A stretch of 64,000 nucleotides of DNA, taken from Lepidodermella squamata (lineage: Eukaryota > Animalia > Gastrotricha). The DNA is taken from contig JBLDXI010000032.1 in assembly GCA_047495785.1 (NCBI GenBank), forward strand, positions 1,116,001 to 1,180,000, written 5' to 3'. Numbering within the stretch: the stretch's first letter is position 1; every line of letters begins with the position of its first letter. Below, one piece after another: positions 38,001-48,351 of this stretch. The notes under the pieces were generated by a model, which ran no database searches, was not told where the DNA came from, and saw only the letters and a program-made list of their open reading frames with translations. Both the position numbers and the translations under genes were made by a program.

Positions 38001-38338
38001 ATAGTCAAATTGCCGAGCTCCTGAATTCGAACCAGGGGCAAATCGACAAAGACAGCGAAAATAATATGTGGCTCACCGTGAACAGAAATGTAATATCCGA
38101 AAACAATCAGAACTTTGTTGCTGCTCTTCGTCACACAACTGCAGAGCTTCAACCTATATGCGCCCATTTTAAAGCAGCCCAGGCCAATGCGATTCAACGG
38201 GGATCAATTTTTGACAGTTTGGAGACTTTCGAATCGACTTGCACAAATCAATCGCTGGCTTTCAATACCGAAGCTCTGGCTATGTCTTCTGCAGATTACA
38301 TAGTACACCAAGGACTTTTGAAGCCTCCATTAATGTGA
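35058..38338 (+). CDS. p300/CBP HAT-like paralog 4 with duplicated N-terminal exon modules
   Basis: MAETDPTINYLLASPDD first exon, then ENHFLRKLRAR/DLADCNLSKKIE (~ENKFSAKRLPSTRLGTFLE) and a HAT-like last exon ending at 38338. Confidence 0.75.
35338..35673 (+). mobile_element. RTE-like LINE ORF2 C-terminal fragment in intron 1 of paralog 4
   Basis: PRGRPRTRW..V...L...G...A...KDEWRMIV is the typical RTE C-terminus. Confidence 0.55.
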
Positions 38339-38850
38339 ACAGTGAGACATCGTTGGTATACTGCAAGGAAAAGTTCCATCCCAAAACAAAAAGTTAATAT
38401 TTTTCGGCCCAATTCGAAAGCACTTGGTAAATCAATTTCTAGATATCTAGATGGGGAGGGATTGCTTAAACAGACCTTAAAACTGTGACGCTAACGCCAT
38501 GAAAACTAGCTCAAATGGAGAAAATAGCGATAGAACTTCCGTAATAGAATTTGCGGTTTTTAAAGATTATTCTAATCGGTATAATTTGTATATTCGGATT
38601 AACTGAAAAGGCGTGTATCAAAAAGTGTTATCTCAAAATTGATAAAAAATGGAAAGAGAGTTTTCCGAGCGGCGAGGCTCCGAGCCGAATACCCCAGGGG
38701 ATTAGGGGGGATTAGATAGAAGTTTTTCTCGCAGTACCGCCAGCAAATTAACCACTTGGCTTGCTGATATTTATTCAAGAGAAAGATTCAAATAAAATAA
38801 GAAAATTGATCATGAGATGTCTTGTTTTCGCGATTTTTTGCACGACCTAC

Positions 38851-40700
38851 ATGAAGCTCGATGATGGAAGTGTCCTGCCGCCTTCTACTGCCCTTGCTGA
38901 TGCACTGCTTGATCATTTCGTCAAACCGATGTCGCCCTACGTCGACCCCGATGCGGACGCTGCCACTCGCCAGTGGTGGCAACAAGTCGAGGACGATGTC
39001 GTTGCAGATCCTGACCTTCGTGCTTCCGATGTGATCCGCTTGCCCGCTCTCGGCGAGTTTTCTGTCAGTCAACGGATGCTCGCTGATGCTGTTAGCCGTT
39101 TGAAGTCCTTCAAGGCCCCTGGCTTGGATGGTATTCAAAACATCTACCTGAAGTGGGGTGGCCCCGTCCTGCAAACCCACCTTCGTCGGCTGTTCAACAT
39201 GTCTCTTGGCAGTCGCTACGTGCCTCAAGCGTGGAAAGCAGCGGTTGTTGTGCCTATCCCAAAGGCCGGCAAGCCGCAGAACCATGTCTCGTCACAGCGT
39301 CCTATCTCCTTGCTGCCGACTGACGCCAAGCTCCTGGAGTCGATCGTGGCTCGGTGGATGACCCAGTTTCTCGAAAGTCAACACCTTCTCCCTGAGAATC
39401 AGTTTGCATTCCGTCCGCACCATTCCGCGCCAGATGTCCCACTTCGCATCGTTCATCGCGTCCACGTCAACCGCTCCCTGCGCAAGAAGACTGTCGTGGC
39501 CGGCTTGGATGTTCAGGCGGCCTACGATTCCGTGTGGCACGCCGGGCTGATCCATAAGCTGGCCCAACTGCCTCTCCCGCGAAATTTGGTCGGCTGGCTG
39601 GCCGACTATCTTCGCGACCGTCGTCTGCAAGCTCGCGTGGCGGGCTCGCTGAGTCGTCAAGTCGTCGTCCATTGCGGGGTGCCGCAGGGTTCCCCGTTGT
39701 CGCCGCTTCTCTACATTCTGTACTACGCCGATTTGCTGTCCGCCCCAAGCGTGGATGGCACGTTGCTGCAGGCCTACGCGGACGATCTAACTGTCGTCGG
39801 CGAGGGTGGCACGTTCCCTGCTGCTCAGCGTCGCCTCCAATTGGAGCTCACTCGTATTTCCGACTGGGCCAAGAAGTGGCGCCAGAAGTTTAATCCCGCG
39901 AAGAGCGAAGTTATGCCCTTTGGTAACGCGTCCGTTGATGTTAGGCTCAACGGAGCCGTAATTCCGCAAGTCGAGTCGTTACGAGTTCTCGGTGTTCACT
40001 TGGACCCTAAACTGACGTGGAAAGTTCATGTGGACAAGGTCTCTGACCGTTGCCGCAGAAATCTGGGTTTTTTCAAACATCTCATGTTCACCCCTGGGCT
40101 GTCGCGCCGCTGGCGCCGCACCCTTTACTTGACTCTGGTCCGTTCGTGCTGGTCTTATGGGACCATTTGTCTGGCTACCGCCTCGAAGCAACAGCTTAAT
40201 CGTCTCGCAGTCATCCAAAATGATAGCCTGCGTGCAATGCTCCACATTCGTCGGGACGACAGGGTCCGCGTGTCGGAGTTGGAATCTCGTTGCCGCATCC
40301 CGAGTGTCCCTCGGTTTCTGGAACAGTGCCAGCGCCGTTATGTCGCCAAAGCCGCTCAGTTTGTCCTGCCGCTGCGCGAGGACCTCGAGAGCGTCCGCCT
40401 GATGGCCCGCCCCCCTCCGCGCTCGCCCTTCGTGCTGTTGAGCAACAGACTTCCTCGTGGTCCTCTGCCCGACTTCATAGGCTAGGCTGTTATTCTCTTT
40501 TCTCCCATCTTCTCTCCCATATCTTCCCTCTTTTTTCTTCACCTCTTCTTTCATGTTGTTTTTCTTTCCTCTACAGGCTGCCTTGCTTTTTATAAAATTC
40601 CTCCGTTAGCTACCGTTGTCTCCGCCATATTTTCTCCTTTTTACTCTTACCGCAATTCTCTGTAATGTGTTTCTCTCTGCTATCGATAACTACCCTGCAA
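38851..40700 (+). mobile_element. 5'-truncated LINE (Jockey/I-group-like) with intact RT domain
   Basis: ORF to 40485 has KAPGLDGI, RPISLL, QFAFR, GVPQGSPLSPLLY, YADD, LGVHLD. It is GC-rich relative to the host, lacks the endonuclease and has a pyrimidine-rich 3' UTR. Ends approximate. Confidence 0.9.
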
Positions 40701-40899
40701 CTGATAAAACCCTCGCCATCTCCCTCTCCGTCTCTTACGTGCCCCATCAATATGATGAGCATGGATACATCTTACTAGCACGCGCCTCTTGTTCCATAGT
40801 ATTATTAGAGAGTTATTTTGCGTATTTTGTTATTTGGAAAGAGGACAACAATAAAGATTTTTATGTTTATGTTTATGTTTGCATTCTGGTGTTGGTACT

Positions 40900-41389
40900 T
40901 CAAAGAGCGCAGTACTTGTAAGCTGATCCGCCTTTGCCCTTGCAGCGTTGGTGGCGACTCATGGCGTAGTCATCACCCCCTCGCTTCCGCAGGTAAGCCA
41001 TCCCGCCAGACCGCAAAAATCGCCCACCGCGACGCTTTTCAGGCGCAAAAATGTCCGCTAAATCTTCCTGATGGACATGCCGGTTGTGATGCGTAGCCTG
41101 GTGGGGATGCTTGCTTGTCAAAACAGCTATTTGACCTATGAAAAAAGTGGAATGCTCAAAAGCTTGTAGCGGAAGAGCTTATACCTGATGGTAAAAGACG
41201 CAATTCTTCGACCTCGTCGGCCTTCGGCTGAGTGTGGTGCGGTTTTGAAGCGCCGAGTAGGAACTCGTCAACAGCATTGCGCTTGAACTTCTCCGAGCTT
41301 TCCTCGTCAAGCTCACTTCGGCGAATTTGCGCATTAGCAAAGGTGCTAGCAAAAAGCACACAGGCTCCGGTAAGAACCAAAGCTCGCAT
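40900..41389 (-). CDS. Prepropeptide P1 (C-terminal disulfide-ring peptide)
   Basis: Exons 41389-41185 and 41135-40900: signal MRALVLTGACVLFASTFANA ...FKR...EKRR GGRFLRSGGMAYL RKR GGDDYAMSRHQRCKGKGGSAYKYCAL*. Confidence 0.85.
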
Positions 41390-41556
41390 ATTTAGAAATA
41401 AATGAAAATGAAATGAAATTATAAATGGTGTTGCAGAGCTTATAAGATGTCAGACATCTGTCTTGCTGACAAGGCGCCGACGTTAATTCGAACATTAATA
41501 AAATTCAGATCTACAGCATGATTGATTTTTTATTTCACGTCTACTTTACACTGATT

Positions 41557-41850
41557 TCAGCCAGGTCTCTCAAGTTTGAAGCCACTGTTACTCCTTTTTA
41601 CACGATGGCGGTAGGCAATTTGAGGCATAAAAGCTATATCATCTGAAGAAAGGACCAGACATTATAGAGGAGTTTTCATGCGATTTTTCAAATTACCCGC
41701 ATAATCCCATTCAGCTTGTTTAAGCGGCCGTAATTCTTGAGCATTAGCCATCCAATCGGTGTCGTATTCGGTGTGATCGCCATCTGCTCGGATGAAAGAT
41801 GTGAGCAAAAGGGCGGTTGCACAGCAGATCAGCGACAGCTTATAAATCAT
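41557..41850 (-). CDS. Prepropeptide P2 (SNSGFKLERP-amide)
   Basis: Exons 41850-41697 and 41642-41557: MIYKLSLICCATALLLTSFIRA DGDHTEYDTDW...RHRVKR SNSGFKLERPG*. Confidence 0.8.
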
Positions 41851-42074
41851 TTTAGATAGAATTTCAATGAAGGAATCACTAACTTTATTTTCATTATAAA
41901 AAGCCTGATTTTTCTCTTTTTCGGACAAAGTCAATTCACAACTTCTCAAGTTTTACTACCAAGAATACGCAAGCAACAAAAATAAATTCATTGATAAAAT
42001 CGATAGCGTGGAAAACCATTGAAATAGTGGAATTTCTAGTCATATTTCAGATTCTAGGCATAAAAGCTGATTGT

Positions 42075-42438
42075 TTAGCTGCAGAACTTGTAGGCCGATC
42101 CTGACTTTCCACACTTGGCCTTCCGCGCAGTGTTAACCAGCAATGGATTGCCATTGACACGTTTGCCGAATTCGATGCTTGACTGCCTATTGGCCGGTGG
42201 GAAGCGCCTCTTGGCAAACCAATTGCCAAAGTCCCGCTTGCTCAGATCTCTGATTAGCTCTTTCAACTGTTCATCCTCATCTAAGGAAATTACTTGATAA
42301 TCAGAGAATCTGGGTAAGTATATAACACGTACCTTCGTTTACTTCGCTAGCTTCGTTGTTATCATCGTCGATGTATTGAGCAGCAATCATGCTTGCAAAA
42401 ATAACAAGCAGAAATGCGAAAAGGTAAAATTTGGCCAT
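42075..42438 (-). CDS. Prepropeptide P3 (multi-peptide, C-terminal ring)
   Basis: Exons 42438-42333 and 42280-42075: MAKFYLFAFLLVIFASMIAA, acidic pro-region, KR DFGNWFA KR RFPPANRQSSIEF GKR VNGNPLLVNTA RK AKCGKSGSAYKFCS*. Confidence 0.85.
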
Positions 42439-42873
42439 TTTCGGAATATAATCGATTGACTAAATGGGAAATCACAAGAAGTGTAAAATAATTATTTTTA
42501 ATCGCGTCAATCGAAAGCCGGATATCGTTATCAGATTTTAAGAAAAAATGTCCGAAAGCAGATTTTACGAGGAAAACATATGTTCAGTATCGTTTTTCGC
42601 TGTATAAGTGCGAAAGGGAAAATTTCAGGAATTAAGAATTTCACAATATGTATAGGACCGTGAAGTGGATCAATCACAAAAGTGGAACGCTAGTTAAGAA
42701 ACTAAAAAGAAATATCCGGCCTCAGTTTGACAGTTTGTTGATGGGCTGATAAATAACAGAGCAAGCTATTTCAAACCATAAACTGCGCAGCTTTTTTGAC
42801 AGCGACACTGATGAGTGCAGCACTAAAGCTAAATAAAGTCATCTCAAAGGACGCAAACCAGGGCCGGCAGAGG

Positions 42874-43376
42874 TCACTTGCCAAACGCGGCTTTCATAGC
42901 CGAACCTCTAGCGGCAGGATGGTCTTGTTTCCTGGCCACTCTACGCATGCCACCATGGCGGTAAGCTGCAGGAATGGCGTATCGTTTGCCGCGTGCTAAT
43001 ACTCCAGGTGGATCCCAGGGTCGTTTTCCTTTAATCCGCATACGAGTCATTGGTGCGGCAAAACGCTTCCCAGCTCCGAAATGATGCGTATCTTCTTCTT
43101 CCTCACCACCAACGTATTCTAAAGGACATTATAAAACTAAATGAAAGAAAAAGAATGCATTGCTAGCTCACCACCAATGTCCTGCTCATCTGGGTCGTCT
43201 ACAACAACTTCAGCGTAATCTGCATCCTGTTGTTGAACTGGCACGTAAGCTTCATCAGCCCGGCGTTCGATTCCGTCGTAATTCAGCGAGCCATCTCTCA
43301 TCCAGCTATCATCGCCGCGGCGTGCCGAACAACAGCATGTGGCAATTGCGAGAACGGCAAACAGTTGCGAGTACAT
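42874..43376 (-). CDS. Prepropeptide P4 (four amidated peptides)
   Basis: Exons 43376-43172 and 43118-42874: ...THHFGA GKR FAAPMTRMRIK GKR PWDPPGVLAR GKR YAIPAAYRHGGMRRVA RK QDHPAARGSAMKAAF GK*. Confidence 0.85.
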
Positions 43377-43952
43377 CCTGATTTTTCAGCTTTCGTGACT
43401 TGAACGAAAAAATGAGTTCGCATAGCTCGTGGGTAAGAACAATTACAAGAAAACATATGTTAAGGTAGCTATACGCCTGTTTTCCTGTCACGCGATGTAG
43501 ATGCGTGACAATTCTGCGATCTTTGATAAGAAAAAGGCCCGTGATACATACGCATATGTCGATTGAACTAGCTTAGCTGGCGGCTGATGAATATCACTCC
43601 GCGGCAGGTTTTTCCAATAAAAAACAGGATATTTACCTAAGATTATTTTATTAGTAAGGCGACAAAACGTGTGGGTGATGGATGATTATCAAGGGCCGCT
43701 AAAATATTCGGAATTTGAAGAGGAAACAGCCGAAATTAGGAGAGTCCAGATATTGATTGATGGTATGTGTGGGTGTGCCAACAGAAAGTAATTAATCGGA
43801 CAAAACATACACAGATGTCCACTGAGAAATGCGTTATCGCTCGCCAGGAACGCCTTGTAATGTATGATCTATCTATAACAATAATAGCTATGGCCTATAC
43901 GAATCATGCACGGGATGGAGATTTCCGCTTTCCGCTAGTAATCGGCGATAAA

Positions 43953-44258
43953 TCATTTCCAATTCCAGTTTGATGGGGACCAATATCGGTTGAAGCGCTC
44001 TGAGAAACTCGCCGGAGACGGCTTGTATTGGCGTGAGTTCAACAGCTCCATGAAAGGGTCATCCCCAGCTAAAATAACGACAGATTAATCGACCTGAAAA
44101 ATGATCCAAAAACTAAGCCACTCACTGTAGACGTTTTCTGGCGGTATGTATGGAGTTTCTTCAACCGCGTTAGGTGCCCAGTCGTCTTCCTCTGCGACGA
44201 GACCATTGATCGTGATGACATGGGCTGCAAGTAAAGCGAGGGCGAAATAGCGAATCAT
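43953..44258 (-). CDS. Prepropeptide P5 (ends WNWK)
   Basis: Exons 44258-44126 and 44068-43953: MIRYFALALLAAHVITING LVAEEDDWAP...GDDPFMELL...RFNR YWSPSNWNWK*. Absent from the ORF track. Confidence 0.8.
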
Positions 44259-44689
44259 TTTTTGGCTCGACTGAAACGCGGTTTCAGGATTCAGTTTTCT
44301 ATGCGCGTGCGATCACTCGGATCAAAAGGTCGTTATGCTCCTTCAGTTCGTTTGCATGACAGCTAAAGCGACTGTGCTCTAATAGGATGACGTTGAATTA
44401 ATCTGATCGCCGATCGAAAGATGCAATACTGCAATGCATACAGAAAATTCCAAAGCACGTGAAGATGCAGAGTTAAAGCTGACGAAAGTTGACAATTTTA
44501 AGTGAATCGATTTTAATCAATTAGGCTTTGTCGCAAGGAAGCATTAATCAATTCGCCGTCCGTCACTATGATTGATAACTCATGCTCTTTAAAGGAATCG
44601 TTGAATTTATTATGCATTAGTTGCATCGTCGAAACAAATAATTTTCTTAAAATTGAGATTCAATTCCAAATTTTGCGGCCATTTCTATG

Positions 44690-44989
44690 TCATTTCCAAT
44701 CCCATTTTCGGGGAATCCGATACTGCGATTCTCTTGAACGGTAGGTTTCAGATGGTTGGAACCCAGCTGCGAGCAAGTCTTTCAGTGGATCATTGCCCTC
44801 TAAAGAAAGAAAACTTGAATTGCATTATTGAAAGGCTTCCTTAAAAAGCTCACTGTAAATAATCGCCAAGTTTATCGGCGGACTGTCGTAAGCTTCGGGT
44901 GGTATCCAGTCATCTTCTTCGGCAACTGAGCTAGGTATAGCTAAAGCCTTTCCGATAAGAGCCAAAAACAGCAGATAATGTGTAATCAT
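44690..44989 (-). CDS. Prepropeptide P6 (ends WDWK)
   Basis: Exons 44989-44854 and 44799-44690: ...VAEEDDWIP...GNDPLKDLL...YRSR ESQYRIPRKWDWK*. Confidence 0.8.
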
Positions 44990-45294
44990 CACTCCGCTGA
45001 AATGAAAAATGATGTATGCAATTTCTTTGTTCGGCAAATTTTACAAAACAACTACGATGTTGTTTTTATTCTGGTGGTCATCATGAAAAAATGAATCAAT
45101 GAAATGATGTGGGCAGCAAGCCCACGAGAGATGATGTGATGAAATCTCATTTTTGTGACGAACATGAAATGTAATATATTTTGTTGTTTATTTGTTAGTC
45201 ATTTATTTATCATTCATTTAGATATTATTAGCCAAAAATTCTATTTTTGAATTCGATAATGATCAATAAATACTATTTGTAGCGTTTCGGACGT

Positions 45295-45676
45295 TCATCC
45301 GCGATAAAAACGCCCTGAATCCCTTACGGGAGGCGATTTTTCGGGGGCTTCGTTGTCTATTTGATGGAAGTATTTCGACCAGGCCCAGGGCCGCATGTCC
45401 GTCGCCCTTTTGCCTCTGATTCGGCCTCTGTGAACGTAGAAAGGTCGTTTGACAAGCTGGTAAGGCACCTCGATATCGGAGGAAAGGAATTCTGGCATTA
45501 ACATTGAAAAATATCATTGGTCAGAGTTATGGTGTGTAAAAAGGTTAAAGACCTTCACGATCATTGCTAAGAGTAGCCGGTTCTTCATCAGGTGACCAGG
45601 AATCTTCATAATTAGGTCTGACATGTGCGATCACGTGAGAAGTAAGAACTGTCGCACAAAGAATAATGCCAATCAT
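45295..45676 (-). CDS. Prepropeptide P7 (PFYVHRGRIR-amide; ...GRFYR-amide)
   Basis: Exons 45676-45553 and 45491-45295: MIGIILCATVLTSHVIA...EDSWSP...KR PFYVHRGRIR GKR ...SPPVRDSGRFYRG*. Confidence 0.8.
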
Positions 45677-46576
45677 ACTACTTGCCATGTTTTGGCTCTC
45701 CTAAAAATTGTTATTTTGCACAATAAAAGACAATCGCAGACGAAAAACGGCGATAAAGTGATTCTTGAATGCCCATCATTGTGACAGTTGCAGGGCAATG
45801 CTCGACATTTCGGCATTGCGCCAACTAAAACGATTTTTGTTGTTGTTTTATGAAGTCTCTGCTGATTCATTTTGAGTTGCTTGTCTTGTCCACTCACTAA
45901 ACTCAATTAACGATCGATTGCTTTATTCGGATGGGAATGATGTTTTCTGCGACTAAACAATGAAAAACGAGTTTCTATGCTCCTCAGGATTCTTATTGTT
46001 AACATACTTGTTAACATATGGAACTTGAAAGAAAATAAACAACATTGTTATCAATTATCTGGGAACCGGAAACCGGGGCGGATGAATGCGCGCTGGCTCC
46101 AATGTACGAAAATCGACATTACTCTGAGCTGTCACACTAATGACGGCATATGCGTTCTTCCTCAAGCAATGTACCTTGCGTCGTGCCATGTGCTATAAAT
46201 ACCGTAAATACCGAATTACATGGCAGGAAAGAAATGAAGGGCAGGGGCAGACCTATCCTAAGAACTTAGGGCCTGGTTTGCATTGATCTTGGGCATGCGA
46301 GCAATTCAATTTTCTGGAAATACCCTCGGCTGAGAAAAAAATAGAAGGCGCTGCCTTATAGTTTAGTATTTACGGTAGACGCCAAATTTCATGGCAGACC
46401 CTTTATAATTCATGGCAGACACAATTCGAGGGACTAATAACCGATTTATTTGCAAGGAAAAATTGAGCTTTATGCGCATTTCGCTGCATGCATTACATAG
46501 GGAAATGAATTGTATGGCGATTGTTCGCAAATAAAATACTATGGAGTCTACTTTCAAGTTTGTCATAGCGTTCTCA

Positions 46577-46853
46577 TCAAAATGTGGGACGAATTCCGCG
46601 ATTTCTGTAAATGTAAATCGGCCGCTTAGCAAGAATTAATGGTTGCAAGTTGTAGCTTGTCTCATATTCTGTTGAAGCAAACAGATTGAATCATCTTTAT
46701 TCTATTTGTAATGCTCATACCTCCGGGATTGTACGGGGTCTGTGCAAGTGAGCTTGCTGGTATCCAGTCATCCTCTTCCGCATGTTCTCCGTAAGCGATT
46801 ACGGTGCATGACACCATAGAAATAGCCAAGAAAATAGCCAAAAGCTTGGTCAT
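46577..46853 (-). CDS. Prepropeptide P8 (PIYIYRNRGIRPTF)
   Basis: Exons 46853-46721 and 46668-46577: MTKLLAIFLAISMVSC...AEEDDWIP...LILA KR PIYIYRNRGIRPTF*. Confidence 0.8.
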
Positions 46854-47736
46854 ATCCAGTATTCCTTGCTAAGAAATAAGTTTTATTCAAATTGTGATTC
46901 TGCGACGATACGAGCTTAATATAACGTCGGTGTGACATGTCTGCGGGGCAAATATTAGAAATATTCGAATAAATAATGACAATAAAAACTTGTTAATTGT
47001 TGGTGGTGTGATTGCTTGTTTTCATGCATTTTGTTGTTGTTGCTGCTGTCATTTCAGCATTATCAAATCGTTAGATCGATCCCAATATTAGCAGCTCTTT
47101 CGATCGACAAGTTAAATTACCACTTAGGGGCAAAACAAGGCTTAACAGGAGATCGTTAGCGTTTCGGTATAACTCTCAATTTGACGGTAACTCCATCTTG
47201 TCATTGTTCTCTAGTTGCGGTAAATAGTTTACCGTAAACGGCACTACACTGCGACACTAAAGCGTAAAATACTCGCGTGCGGTAAAATTAATTTCTCTGC
47301 GGTAATTTCAGCTCAAACTATCTTGTAGGAACAGTAGGAATTACAAGCATATTATGGAGGAATAGAAATGGAGTTGGAACTGCGCTCAGGTTATATGATG
47401 GTGTGCGCGCGCGGCCGCTCGCGTACTTACAATACAGCGTGTTACAGCAGTTTCATTGATAACAAATTCGTCCTTGAATTCGTATTCGTAGCGTTGTATT
47501 TCATTTCATTTCAATTTGCAGACCATTTCATCAAATTTGATATCAGATATTTGAAAGATAGCAAAAGTCGATAAGAAATAAAGTACCTATATAGTTTATT
47601 TCCATCCTTCATCTTTAAACATTTTCATCGTAAAATCTTAGGTGTCATGCATGTTTATGTTATTTCGGCGTCGAATAATCTTAGCGGCAAGTGAGCTCCG
47701 TGCTCCGTTGACGTGATTATCACAAGAAATACCACG

Positions 47737-48082
47737 TCATCCGCGTCCTTTCCGGTTAACTTGTGGCCGGTACGAGGCGCGGTAAAAACCTCCCGGAATC
47801 GGGTACCTTTTACCGACCACATAGGGTTCTGTTGGATTCACATTGTACCATTCCAGAACGGGATCATCAAAAGGCTCTGAAACAGAGAATGTTTGACGTA
47901 TAGTATTCAACGGTGAATGGTACCGACTTACTGACTGACTCCATAGGGGCAAGTTCGCTTTCTGGGATTTCATCACGTCCATAGACATACGGCGGGACAG
48001 TTGGTTTGCCCAGAAACGAGAAAAGGGCAGACGAGGCGGCAAAGCACGTTGCCAAACAGCATAGCGTAGCCAACTTGAGCAT
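47737..48082 (-). CDS. Prepropeptide P9 (four amidated peptides)
   Basis: Exons 48082-47932 and 47876-47737: signal, LFSFL GK PTVPPYVY GR acidic...NPTEPYVV GKR YPIPGGFYRASYRPQVNRKGRG*. Confidence 0.82.
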
Positions 48083-48351
48083 TTCCTTCGTGTTCTCGAT
48101 TATATAGACGGAGATTTCAAGGAGTGAAAATATGAAGCGTTTTATGCCTTAAATATGCCTCGATTTTCCTCATGGCAATGAATTAAAATCAACAACAACA
48201 GATAAACATTTCCGCTAGTTGATGGCTGTCAAGTCAAATGCAACAATGGCCGTATAATTTTATCGATCCAACAATCATTTAACCCAAATAACCCAAAGAG
48301 TTGAATTAGCATGTGATCGTCTATTTTTTTATTCAAAGTATTACAGCGACT

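Noticed and set aside
38761-38850. N-terminal extension of the LINE ORF (MLIFIQEKD...)
   Set aside because: AT-rich flank that is in frame by chance; not part of the element.
38788-40595. Several overlapping or antisense ORFs in the LINE
   Set aside because: By-products of GC-rich coding sequence.
41557-41600. P2 as GnRH (ends RPG)
   Set aside because: It lacks the N-terminal pGlu-His-Trp and the post-signal position, and the Gly here is the amide donor.
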